From positions 1 to 29,954 of the IMG/VR virus record IMGVR_UViG_3300020043_000464: a DNA stretch of 29,954 bases; one strand, 5' to 3'. The first letter of the stretch is position 1. Each line of letters begins with the position of its first letter. The notes under the pieces were generated by a model, which had not been told where the DNA came from, made no database searches, and worked only from the letters and a program-made list of their open reading frames with translations. Position numbers and translations under genes: made by a program. This DNA comes from a virus. Its lineage: Duplodnaviria > Caudoviricetes. Positions 8,808-18,247 of the stretch are shown here, in pieces.

Positions 8808-10527
8808 AGATGTAAGCATTGACATTGTTGCTCAGGACAAGACTGGCGCGGCATTCAAATCAGTCAAAGGCGGTCTTGACGGAATTGGCAATGCTGTTGG
8901 CATGGTCACTGGCAAGATCGCTGGTCTGACTGCGGTATTGACTGCAATTGGCGGCATCACTCAAATCAAAGGTTTGATGGATAGTGCTGATGAAATGAAC
9001 AAACTGTCTCAAAAGACAGGCATTGCAGTTGCAGAACTTTCATCACTCTCAAACACGGCTGATCTGGCTGGTGTTTCAAACGAGCAACTTGGCTCGGCTC
9101 TTGTCAAACTCAACAAAAGCATTGCTGAGGCGGCTTCAGGCAGCAAAGAGCAATCAGAAGCATTCAAGAATCTTGGTGTTAATGTCAAAGATGCCAACGG
9201 CAACATTCGACCAACTGCTGATATTTTGGGCGATGTGGCAAGCGCTTTTAATGGTGCTGCTGATGGAGCGACAAAGACTCAATATGCGATGGCTTTGTTT
9301 GGCAAAGCTGGCGCTGATCTGATTCCATTCCTTAATCAAGGCAAACAAGGAATCAAAGAATTTGGTGCAAGTTTTGGTGACGAATTTGCAAAGAATTCTG
9401 AAATGTTCAATGACAATCTGACAAAGATGGGTCAAAGAATCAAGGGATTTTTTGCCGAGAAATCATTGCCATTGCTTGAGGCTTTGAATCAAAAGTTTGA
9501 GGAAACTGCCAGACTCGAAAAGCAAATGAGGACTGGTGTTGGTGCAACTCAAGCCGATGTCAGGAGAATTGACAATGCGCTTGAGCCAAAAGCACCACTT
9601 AAAAATTTGAAGCCTTTGGGTGTAGAAGCACCAAAGGTCGAGCAAATCTCTGAAATCACTCGGGCTTATATGGCCGTTTCAGATCAGATCATTAAGCTGG
9701 TCGATGGTGAGGACGCTTTGAAATTGGTTCAGTTTCAGAGAATGGGAGCAAATGCTGAACAGATCAGACAATATGAAATTTATTTAAATACTGTCAGAAA
9801 TCTGACTGAGGCAGAAAAAGCCAAGATCGAGCAAGACAAACAGCAACAAAAACTCGATGAGCAAATCACAAAGGATGCCAAAGAGCAAGCCGATGCTGTC
9901 AAGAAAATCTTTGAGGACACTCGCACACCTTTGGAGAACTACACTGAGAGAGTTCAATATCTCCAAACTGTCCTCGGCAAAGGCTTAATTGATCCTGACA
10001 CTTTTAGTCGCGCTGTTGGATTGGCCAATGATGAACTCAAAAAATTCACAGAAAAAGGCAAGTCTGACATTGACATCTTGACTGACGCGATCAATGGATT
10101 TGGCAATGAATTCACCAGCACTCTGACTGAAGCGTTTATGACTGGAAAGCTGAACTTCACTGACATGGTGAACTCGATCCAGCGCGACATCATTCGGATG
10201 ATGATTAAGAAAAACATTACTGATCCGAGCGTGAGTTTCTTGACAGACCTTTTCAAAGGCTTTGGTGCAAGGGCTTTGGGTGGCCCTGTTTCATCGAATA
10301 CACCTTACATGGTCGGTGAGCGTGGCCCTGAGTTGTTTGTGCCAAATGGCGCTGGAAATATTGTTCCAAACAACAAACTCGGTGGCGCTGGCGTGACTGT
10401 CGTTCAGAATATAAACATTGACTCAAGGTCTGACAGATCATCGATAATGGCTGCAATGAATCAGGCCAAAGAGCAAGCCAAAGCTGAAATTTATCGATCA
10501 ATGAAATCTGGTGGAGCGTTTGCATGA
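8797..10527 (+). CDS. Tail tape measure protein
   Basis: 576 aa, helical. N-terminal IDIVAQDKT, ALFGKAGADLIPFL, C-terminal ARALGGPV...YMVGERGPELFVP. Confidence 0.93.
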   Translation: MASKDVSIDIVAQDKTGAAFKSVKGGLDGIGNAVGMVTGKIAGLTAVLTAIGGITQIKGLMDSADEMNKLSQKTGIAVAELSSLSNTADLAGVSNEQLGSALVKLNKSIAEAASGSKEQSEAFKNLGVNVKDANGNIRPTADILGDVASAFNGAADGATKTQYAMALFGKAGADLIPFLNQGKQGIKEFGASFGDEFAKNSEMFNDNLTKMGQRIKGFFAEKSLPLLEALNQKFEETARLEKQMRTGVGATQADVRRIDNALEPKAPLKNLKPLGVEAPKVEQISEITRAYMAVSDQIIKLVDGEDALKLVQFQRMGANAEQIRQYEIYLNTVRNLTEAEKAKIEQDKQQQKLDEQITKDAKEQADAVKKIFEDTRTPLENYTERVQYLQTVLGKGLIDPDTFSRAVGLANDELKKFTEKGKSDIDILTDAINGFGNEFTSTLTEAFMTGKLNFTDMVNSIQRDIIRMMIKKNITDPSVSFLTDLFKGFGARALGGPVSSNTPYMVGERGPELFVPNGAGNIVPNNKLGGAGVTVVQNINIDSRSDRSSIMAAMNQAKEQAKAEIYRSMKSGGAFA

Positions 10528-11084
10528 CAACCTTTGCTTGGCCTAGTGTCAAAAACCCTCAATCGGCTCTTTGGGAATTGAGGTCAAACACTCAGATTTT
10601 CACCTCTCCTCTGAGCCAGCAATCTCAAACAGTCGAGTTGGCTGGTGCAAAATGGTATTGCTCAGTCGCTTGGAACAATCTTTCAAGGGCTGAAGTCGCA
10701 CCAATTCAGGCTTTGTTTTACAAAATGCGCGGCATGGCTAACACTGTCTATTTGCCTCGATTTGGTGAGACTGCTCCGATTGGCTCTGTTTCTGGCTCGA
10801 TCACTGTTTCAAGTTCAACTGGATCGACTGTCACTTTGTCATCATCGAGCCTGTCAATTGGAGACTTCATCCAGTTTGAAAATTATGAAGTTAAGATGAT
10901 TGTTGGCAAATCGAGCAATGTTTACACAATCGAGCCTCCATTCAGGACTCAGCCAAGTTCATCAAGCGCGGTGACATACACAAACCCCTCGGCAATCATG
11001 CGGCTGGATGGCACTTCAGTTGCAATAAATAAGACGCTTGAAGGCGTTTATTCGATCACTGCTGGCTTTTTGGAGGCAATATGA
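10524..11084 (+). CDS. Distal tail protein (Dit-like)
   Basis: 186 aa, directly after the tape measure. Motif FTSPLSQQSQTV...W and C-terminal FLEAI. Confidence 0.65.
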   Translation: MTTFAWPSVKNPQSALWELRSNTQIFTSPLSQQSQTVELAGAKWYCSVAWNNLSRAEVAPIQALFYKMRGMANTVYLPRFGETAPIGSVSGSITVSSSTGSTVTLSSSSLSIGDFIQFENYEVKMIVGKSSNVYTIEPPFRTQPSSSSAVTYTNPSAIMRLDGTSVAINKTLEGVYSITAGFLEAI

Positions 11085-11704
11085 CCAGAAGCCTAGCAAG
11101 TGCCATCACATCGGCTCTGACAGACGACAATCTGACTGTCTGTTTTCTGGTGGATTTGGACTTTTCCTCTGGTCATATTTACTACACGAATGGAGGAAAA
11201 TCGATTGTCTATGGTGGCAACACTTATTTGGCAGTCGGTGGCCTTGGTGGGATTGACACAATCACTGAGACTTCAACTCTTGAGGCCAAAGGGTTATCCC
11301 TAACCCTCTCTGGTATTGATCCAAATCACATTGCAATCGCGCTTGGCGAGAATTATCAAGGTCGGGCGGCAAAGATTTATTTTGCTTTGCTCGATGCCAA
11401 TCACGATCTGGTGGCTGCGGCTTTGATGTTCACTGGTCGAATGGATGTGATGTCAATCAATCTCGGTCAGACTGCAACGATTTCTTTGTCTGTTGAGCAT
11501 CAAATGGTCGATGCTGGAAGGCCAAAGATCAGACGCTTCACTTATGAAGAACAAAAAGTCAGGGACGCAACTGACGAGGGTTTGGAATATGTGGTGGCCA
11601 TCGAGAATCTCGATATAAATTGGGGTCGCACTGATCCGACTGGTGCAAATGCTGGTGGAGGTGGCAACCCTAATGTTGGCAATTTCTACACTGAGACACC
11701 ATGA
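11081..11704 (+). CDS. Minor tail / hub protein (gpL position)
   Basis: 207 aa, YLAVGGLGGI, LSLTLSGI, FTGRMD, INWGR. Synteny supports the call. Confidence 0.6.
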   Translation: MTRSLASAITSALTDDNLTVCFLVDLDFSSGHIYYTNGGKSIVYGGNTYLAVGGLGGIDTITETSTLEAKGLSLTLSGIDPNHIAIALGENYQGRAAKIYFALLDANHDLVAAALMFTGRMDVMSINLGQTATISLSVEHQMVDAGRPKIRRFTYEEQKVRDATDEGLEYVVAIENLDINWGRTDPTGANAGGGGNPNVGNFYTETP

Positions 11705-12093
11705 GAAAAGACAATTGGCCTCATTTGCTGACTGAGTACATCTACGAAAAGCGCAATGAGCCTTTTGAGTGGGCAAAAAATGATTGCTGGCAGTTTTCAA
11801 TTGGCGCTGTCAAGGCGATCTCAGACAGGGATTTGACTGGCGTTTATGAGTATGAGACAGCAAGGCGTGCGGCTGAACTTATGCAAGAGAATGGTGGGAT
11901 GATTGCAATTGCTGACAAGCACTTAGGCAATGAGAAATCCATTATGTTGGCTCAAAGGGGTGATGTGGTCTGTCTGTTTAATTCGGGGCGCGAATTGCTC
12001 GGAGTTTGTATTGGTGAAATGTCGGCTTTTGTCGCTGAGTCTGGCATCATCCTGAAACCGACTCTCGATTGTGAAAAGGCTTGGAGCATTTAA
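11701..12093 (+). CDS. Tail-associated NlpC/P60-like protein (gpK position)
   Basis: PFEWAKNDC and AQRGDVV motifs. The usual catalytic His is not obvious. Confidence 0.65.
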   Translation: MRKDNWPHLLTEYIYEKRNEPFEWAKNDCWQFSIGAVKAISDRDLTGVYEYETARRAAELMQENGGMIAIADKHLGNEKSIMLAQRGDVVCLFNSGRELLGVCIGEMSAFVAESGIILKPTLDCEKAWSI

Positions 12094-15000
12094 ATGGCTG
12101 AACTTGTTGTCTATCTTGCTGGTGAATTTTTAGCAGAAACTGCAATTTCTTATTTTGCAATTGCAAAAGAGGCGACTTTTCTCAGGGCTGCAATTCGCGC
12201 TGGTTCTTTTGTTTTGACAAACAAAGCGGCTCAAAGCATGGGTCTATTTGACTCAAGTGCCAATGAGTTGAAGGGTCAAACAATCAATGTCAGATCGTCC
12301 ACAGCCCCAAGGCAATTGATTTATGGTCAAAGCCTTGTCGGTGGCGTGATGTTCTATGCGGCAACCACTGGATCGACAAACGAATATTTGCACACTGTTT
12401 TTGGTTTGGCAGATCATCAAATCCAGTCGGTCGAGAAAGTTTATTTTGGCGACGAGGATGTCGGCACTGTTTCAGGAAATGTCTCGTCTGGTCGATATTC
12501 AGGCAAGGCTCGAATTCAACACAAAACGACTGGTGGCACTGCTTATGCCGATCTCGTCAGTGAGACAGCAAGCCTGACAAACAATTGGACATCGAGTCAC
12601 AAACTGACAGGCATTTCGTCGGTTTATGTGCGGATGCAATATGACACCTCGATTTATACGAGCATTCCAACTGTCAGGGTTTTGGTCAAAGGCAAATTAG
12701 TTTATGACCCTAGAACGACGACAACGGCTTGGTCTGACAATCCTGCTCTTTGCATTCGTGACTACATAATGTCCGATTATGGGATGCGAGTCACAGCCGA
12801 TGAGATCGACTCAGCATCTTTCATTGCTGCTGCAAATATCTGTGACGAGACAGTCACGGCTTCAGGCTCTGTCACTCAGAAGCGCTACACACTCAATGGT
12901 GTGGTTGACACCTCAAAGAGTCCTCGGGAAGTCTTGCAAGATATGCTCTCGACTTGCGCGGGAATGCTTATCTATTCCTCTGGAAAATATAAGTTGATCG
13001 CTGGTGCTTTCTCAAGCCCAGTTCAAACAATTACTGTCGATGATTTGCGAGGCGATGTTCAGTTGTCTTGCGCAAATGAGAAGGCCAATCTTTTCAATCG
13101 AGTGGTTGGTGTTTTTGCTGATGCTGACAAACTTTATTCTGCGACTGAATATCCTGCAATTGCCTCAAGCACATTTAAGACGCAAGATGGCGGTGAGGAG
13201 TTAACTGCTCAACTCGATCTCAATTTCACGACAAATATTTTGGAGGCTGAAAGGCTTGCCAAAATCAATTTGCTGAAATCTCGTCAAGGCATTGTGGTCA
13301 ATATTTCATGCAAACCAACTTGCTTGAATATCACTGCTGGCGATGTCGTCGCTTTGACGATTGCTCAACTCGGATGGTCTGGAAAATATTTCAGAGTCAT
13401 GGAGTGGAAGTTGAATGAAGACATCGGGGTTGATCTTGTTCTCAAAGAGGAAGACTCAACAGCTTATGACTGGTCAACATCAGACGCGATTGATGGCGCT
13501 CCAAACACCAGTTTGACATTGATTCAACCTCAATCGGCTCCAACAAATCTGACTGCGACAAATCAGAATTTGAGCCTTCCAGACGGCACAATATTGCCAG
13601 CAGTTCACATCACTTGGACTGCGGTTTCGTCGGCTTATGTGACAGGGTATGAGTTGCAATTCAAACTCAGCACTGACACTGTTTGGCAATCAATTTTCAC
13701 CTCACAAACTGCTTTTGATTATGCTGGTCAACAAGAGGTGGCGCTTGTCTATAACATCAGAGTAAGAGCGATTTTCTCTGACAAAGAAGGCCCATTTTCA
13801 TCGAGCATCAATCACACATTGTCTGGTGATACGACTGCACCAAATGCTCCAACAAGTTTGACTGCTGTTGGTGCTTATAAAACAATTCAGTTGTCTTGGA
13901 CTAATCCAACTGCTGCTGACTGGTTTTATAACGAGGTCTGGGAAAACTCAACAAACAATTCATCGACTGCCACAAAGATTGGAACTGTTTCTAGTTCAAC
14001 AATGGCTCGATCTGGATTGCCAGACGCGACAACAAAATATTATTGGTTGAAGGCTGTTGATTTCTCACGCAATGTTTCTGGATTCTCAAGCGTTGCAACA
14101 GCAACAACAGATTCAGCAAGCGCAAGCGGTGACTCTGTTGACATTGTTTTCAAGAGATCAGCAACTCAACCAACAACTCCAAGTCCATCGACAGGAACTC
14201 CAAGTGGTTGGTATTCTGACGTTGATTCTGTCCCTGCCTCGTCTGATCCAATGTGGTCATCGGTTGGAACAAACACTGGATCAGGAACAAATTACACTTG
14301 GCAGACACCATTATTGATTGAGGGTCAAGATGGAACAAATGGAACTGATGGATTGTCAGTTGCTGAAGTTTCAATTTTCAAAAGATCAGCGACAACAATC
14401 TCAACTGCTCCGACTGGTGGAAGTTTTAACTTTTCCACAAATACACTGACACCACCTTCAACATGGTCTGCGACTGTCCCTTCTGGAACTGATCCAGTTT
14501 ATATTTCTCGATCTGTTGCATCGATCTCTGGAACAACTGGAACTGACTCAACACTCACTTGGTCAACACCAACAATCAGTTTTCAAAATGGTATTGATGG
14601 AACTGATGGAACTGATGGTGCAACTGGTGCGACTGGCCCTAGAAATGCGCAAGTTTATTTCTACTACAACACTGGTCAATCAACTGCACCAACTGCTCCA
14701 ACAACTTCTCAAGTTGCTTATGATTTTTCAACCCAGACTCCATCAATTTCAGCGTCTGGATGGTCAACAACTTTCAGTCCAAGTGCTGTCAGTGCGACTT
14801 CAGCATCCAACAAATATTGGGCTGTCAGAGTTATTTTCCAAGAGACAACTTTTGGTGGTGCATATAGCGAAACCATAAGTTCAGTATTTACTTGGCAAAA
14901 CTTGAATGGATTGGTGACTTTTACAAACCTTGCTGATGGCCTTGGCTCTGGTGGAACTGGAACAACTTTTATTGATGGTGGATCAATTGTTGCTGACACT

Positions 15001-15930
15001 TTGTCTGTTTCAAAAATTCAAGACAACACCAGCGCGACATTTAATTCATTTGTGACATTTGGCCTTGGCACTGGATCAGCAATTGGTGGTTATTCTGCTG
15101 GTGGTGCTTTTTCATCCTCCGACATTAGTTATTACGGAGGATTATTTGCAAACACCTCAACAGGTTTTGCAATTGGTGCTGGAACTAGAAACACAACAAG
15201 TGCAGACATTGGGGCGATTGTTGCTGTTGGATATGGAAATTCAACTTTCAGCACATTCAGACACGCTGCATATTTAGGAACTGGCGTTTCTGCTGGAACT
15301 TTTATGACTGGCGGTGCAAGCACTTTGCAAACTGCTGTTAATGCTGATATTCGCTTGGCTTATTACACAGGCGGGACTTCATACGCTTATTACATAAATT
15401 CTGGCGCTGCTTATCCATTTACTGCTGGTCACGATGCTTTGCAATTACTGACTGAGGATGTTCCTGACATTGGCGACATCATGGTTGATGTTGAATTGAT
15501 CGCGGCTCCAACAGTTAATGACTCCATCACTAAGATGACAAAAAGCACTTCTGCAAACCAAAAGGGCGCGATTGGTGTCTTTACTGGTGTTTGCGGAAAT
15601 GAGTTTGTTCCTGCCTCTTTGGGTGAATATGTCGATGGAGTTCAGGGTTCAAAGAATGTTTTTGTGATGAAACAAGAATATTCGACAATTTATGAAACCT
15701 ATCGTCCAATCGGTGTGAATGCCATTGGAGAGGGGAAAATCAATGTTTGTGGTCAGGGTGGAGACATCCAGATTGGTGACTTTATTGTGACCTCGGACAT
15801 TGCTGGCAAGGGCATGAAACAGGCTGACGACATTGCGAGAAGTTACACAGTGGCGAAGGCTCGGGAAAATGTAAGTTTTGCAAATTCCACAGAAATCAGG
15901 CAGATTGCTTGCATTTATCTTTGTGGCTAA
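12094..15930 (+). CDS. Tail tip / host-specificity protein (gpJ-like) with FN3 repeats and a C-terminal chaperone-like domain
   Basis: PRQLIYG, VKGKLVYDPR, WSDNPALCIRDY, RYTLNG. FN3-like segments APTNLTA and YYWLKAVD. Short GXY runs. C-terminal FTAGH...NAIGEG...YTVAKA. Confidence 0.9.
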   Translation: MAELVVYLAGEFLAETAISYFAIAKEATFLRAAIRAGSFVLTNKAAQSMGLFDSSANELKGQTINVRSSTAPRQLIYGQSLVGGVMFYAATTGSTNEYLHTVFGLADHQIQSVEKVYFGDEDVGTVSGNVSSGRYSGKARIQHKTTGGTAYADLVSETASLTNNWTSSHKLTGISSVYVRMQYDTSIYTSIPTVRVLVKGKLVYDPRTTTTAWSDNPALCIRDYIMSDYGMRVTADEIDSASFIAAANICDETVTASGSVTQKRYTLNGVVDTSKSPREVLQDMLSTCAGMLIYSSGKYKLIAGAFSSPVQTITVDDLRGDVQLSCANEKANLFNRVVGVFADADKLYSATEYPAIASSTFKTQDGGEELTAQLDLNFTTNILEAERLAKINLLKSRQGIVVNISCKPTCLNITAGDVVALTIAQLGWSGKYFRVMEWKLNEDIGVDLVLKEEDSTAYDWSTSDAIDGAPNTSLTLIQPQSAPTNLTATNQNLSLPDGTILPAVHITWTAVSSAYVTGYELQFKLSTDTVWQSIFTSQTAFDYAGQQEVALVYNIRVRAIFSDKEGPFSSSINHTLSGDTTAPNAPTSLTAVGAYKTIQLSWTNPTAADWFYNEVWENSTNNSSTATKIGTVSSSTMARSGLPDATTKYYWLKAVDFSRNVSGFSSVATATTDSASASGDSVDIVFKRSATQPTTPSPSTGTPSGWYSDVDSVPASSDPMWSSVGTNTGSGTNYTWQTPLLIEGQDGTNGTDGLSVAEVSIFKRSATTISTAPTGGSFNFSTNTLTPPSTWSATVPSGTDPVYISRSVASISGTTGTDSTLTWSTPTISFQNGIDGTDGTDGATGATGPRNAQVYFYYNTGQSTAPTAPTTSQVAYDFSTQTPSISASGWSTTFSPSAVSATSASNKYWAVRVIFQETTFGGAYSETISSVFTWQNLNGLVTFTNLADGLGSGGTGTTFIDGGSIVADTLSVSKIQDNTSATFNSFVTFGLGTGSAIGGYSAGGAFSSSDISYYGGLFANTSTGFAIGAGTRNTTSADIGAIVAVGYGNSTFSTFRHAAYLGTGVSAGTFMTGGASTLQTAVNADIRLAYYTGGTSYAYYINSGAAYPFTAGHDALQLLTEDVPDIGDIMVDVELIAAPTVNDSITKMTKSTSANQKGAIGVFTGVCGNEFVPASLGEYVDGVQGSKNVFVMKQEYSTIYETYRPIGVNAIGEGKINVCGQGGDIQIGDFIVTSDIAGKGMKQADDIARSYTVAKARENVSFANSTEIRQIACIYLCG

Positions 15931-15933
15931 AAT
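15905..15933 (+). promoter_or_regulatory. Candidate sigma70 promoter for the fibre module
   Basis: TTGCTT-N17-TAAAAT overlapping the end of the J-like gene, upstream of the AAGGA RBS of 15956. Confidence 0.45.
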
Positions 15934-15955
15934 CTCAACCTGAAAGGAAGCACAA

Positions 15956-16372
15956 ATGGCCTCTCTAATTTATAACTCTTGTCTGAACGACATGGCGACT
16001 GGTGCAATTGATTTTGACACCAACTCTTTCAAAATCCTCTTGGTGACTTCAAGCTATTCACCAAACAAGGACACACACACTAAGCGATCCGATGTGACCA
16101 ATGAGATCACTGGCACTGGTTACACTGCGGGTGGCTCATCAAGTGCTGTCACAGTGACCAATGACACTGCCAATGACCGAATTGACATCAACTTTGCTGA
16201 TGTTTCTTGGTCAAGTGCCAGTTTGACTGCTGCTGCTGCTGTGATCTATAAAACCACTGGCACTGCATCGGCTGACAATTTGGTCGCTTATTTGGATTTC
16301 GGTGGAAATGTGACCTCTACAAACGGCACATTCACATTGGACATCACTTCACCTCTGCGAATCCAAAACTAA
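15956..16372 (+). CDS. Virion structural protein, candidate fibre bead subunit
   Basis: 138 aa, NEITGTGYTAGG, FADVSW, LVAYLDFG. Strong RBS. Confidence 0.6.
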   Translation: MASLIYNSCLNDMATGAIDFDTNSFKILLVTSSYSPNKDTHTKRSDVTNEITGTGYTAGGSSSAVTVTNDTANDRIDINFADVSWSSASLTAAAAVIYKTTGTASADNLVAYLDFGGNVTSTNGTFTLDITSPLRIQN

Positions 16373-16397
16373 GGCTCAAAGGCCGTGAAAGGACATC

Positions 16398-17486
16398 ATG
16401 GCTCTAGTCTTATCAGATCGGGTCAAAGAGACAACGACAACCACTGGAACGAGTGATTTTGCCCTTGGTGGTGCAGTCACTGGTTTTCAGACTTTTTTGG
16501 CTGGCGTTGGCTCAAGCAATACGACTTATTATGCTGTTTCATTTGGGGCAGATTGGGAAGTCGGACTCGGCACTTTGTCGAGTGATGGTCTGACGCTTGC
16601 TCGGACTACTGTTTATCAATCAAGCAATTCAGACACTAAGGTTTCATTTGCTTCTGGATCAAAAGAGATTTTTGTCACATACGCTGCTGACAAAGCTGTT
16701 TTTGAAGACGCTTCAGGCAATGTCACACTTCCAGCCAATTTGACTGTCACTGGTGGATCAACCACTGATTCAGTTCAGTTGGACTTGACTGCTGGTGTCA
16801 CTCCTGCTGTTGGTCAGATCGCTTGGGATGCCTCTCAAGGAACTGCGGCTCTTGGCCTTTTGGGTGGCAATGTCATTTCAAGGATGGGTCAATCTTTGGT
16901 CGCTTATGTGACCAATGCTGAATCTGTGACGATCACAAAAGGACAAGCGGTTTATTTGTTCTCGGCTCAAGGTGATCGAGCAACTGTCAAACTTGCAAAT
17001 AACACTGGTGATGCGACAAGCGCGAAAACTCTTGGAATTGTTGCTGAAGACATCACTGCAAATGGCACTGGCTTTGTTGTTTGTCAAGGTGTTGTTTATG
17101 GATTAGACCTATCGGCTTACACTGCTGGTGACACAGTTTATCTTGGCGCGACTGCTGGAACTTTGACTGCGACAAAACCTTATGCACCAAATCACTTGGT
17201 TTATATTGGAGTCGTTGAGAAAGCCAATTCTGGCGCTGGTCAACTTTATGTCCGAGTGCAAAATGGATATGAACTTGATGAAATTCATGATGTTCAGATC
17301 ACATCGATTGCTGACAATCAAATCCTAAGATATGACTCGGCATCAAGCCTTTGGAAAAATGAAACATTGCCAACATATTTGCCAGTCATCGATCGATCTG
17401 GATCGGCTGTGAATGTTTCGGTTGCTAATGGTTATCTGCCAGTGCTGAATCGCTCTGGTTCAACAATTCAAATCACAATTGCGTGA
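16398..17486 (+). CDS. Fibre protein
   Basis: 362 aa, N-terminal DRVKETTTTTGT. ELDEIHDVQI...QILRYD fibre motif. Duplicated YLPV.(D/N)RSGS at the C-terminus. Confidence 0.65.
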   Translation: MALVLSDRVKETTTTTGTSDFALGGAVTGFQTFLAGVGSSNTTYYAVSFGADWEVGLGTLSSDGLTLARTTVYQSSNSDTKVSFASGSKEIFVTYAADKAVFEDASGNVTLPANLTVTGGSTTDSVQLDLTAGVTPAVGQIAWDASQGTAALGLLGGNVISRMGQSLVAYVTNAESVTITKGQAVYLFSAQGDRATVKLANNTGDATSAKTLGIVAEDITANGTGFVVCQGVVYGLDLSAYTAGDTVYLGATAGTLTATKPYAPNHLVYIGVVEKANSGAGQLYVRVQNGYELDEIHDVQITSIADNQILRYDSASSLWKNETLPTYLPVIDRSGSAVNVSVANGYLPVLNRSGSTIQITIA

Positions 17487-17495
17487 GGTTAAAAA

Positions 17496-18239
17496 ATGAC
17501 TGCTCGTTACCCTTTAGTTATCAATGGAACGCAAGTTCAGGAGTTGCAGTCTGGCGACACATTGAATGGTGTGGCTGCTTCTGGTGCAAATTCTGACATT
17601 ACATCATTGTCTGGATTGACAACAGCTTTGAGCATTGCTCAAGGTGGCACTAATTCAACAACAGCAGCCGATGCAAGAACTGCACTTGGTTTGGCAATCG
17701 GGACTGATGTTCAAGCCTATGACGCTGATTTGACGACATTGGGTGCTGGTGGTTCTACTGCTCGATCTTTCTTGGGTTTGGCGATTGGAACTGATGTTCA
17801 GGCTTGGGATGCTGATTTGGACACATGGGCTGGCAAGACAGCGCCTTCAGGAACTGTTGTTGGAACTTCAGATTCACAGACGATTACAAACAAGACAATT
17901 GAAGCTGGAACTTTTACCAATGGTTACACAGAGGAAGTTGCAACTGCAAACACTTCAACTGCTTACACTATTGATCTTGCAAACGGCTCATTGCAAATTT
18001 TGACTTTGACTGGAAGTTGCACATATACATTTCCAACTGCAACTGCTGGAAAATCTTTTACTTTATTTCAAAAGCAAGATGCAACTGGCGCTCGGACTGT
18101 GACATGGCCTTCATCAGTCAAATGGCCTTCATCAACTGCTCCAACAATTACTGCAACTGCAAGCAAGGGTGATAAATTTGTTTTTACGGCTGATGGGACT
18201 TATTGGTGGGGTTCTGTTGCTGGTCAAAACTATTTATAA
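17496..18239 (+). CDS. Fibre protein with internal repeat
   Basis: 247 aa, GANSDITSL, LSIAQGGT, two copies of LGLAIGTDVQA.DADL, and QDATGARTVTWPSSVKWP. Confidence 0.7.
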   Translation: MTARYPLVINGTQVQELQSGDTLNGVAASGANSDITSLSGLTTALSIAQGGTNSTTAADARTALGLAIGTDVQAYDADLTTLGAGGSTARSFLGLAIGTDVQAWDADLDTWAGKTAPSGTVVGTSDSQTITNKTIEAGTFTNGYTEEVATANTSTAYTIDLANGSLQILTLTGSCTYTFPTATAGKSFTLFQKQDATGARTVTWPSSVKWPSSTAPTITATASKGDKFVFTADGTYWWGSVAGQNYL

Positions 18240-18247
18240 GGTGACAA

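Noticed and set aside
168-15323. Many 60-160 aa alternative-frame ORFs inside head and tail genes
   Set aside because: No recognisable motifs, and they lie within well-supported genes, as expected when TAG/TAA are scarce off-frame.
17673-17826. DGR template/variable repeat pair in the fibre gene
   Set aside because: The two copies are an in-frame protein repeat differing mostly at synonymous sites, not specifically at adenines. No reverse transcriptase is in the window.
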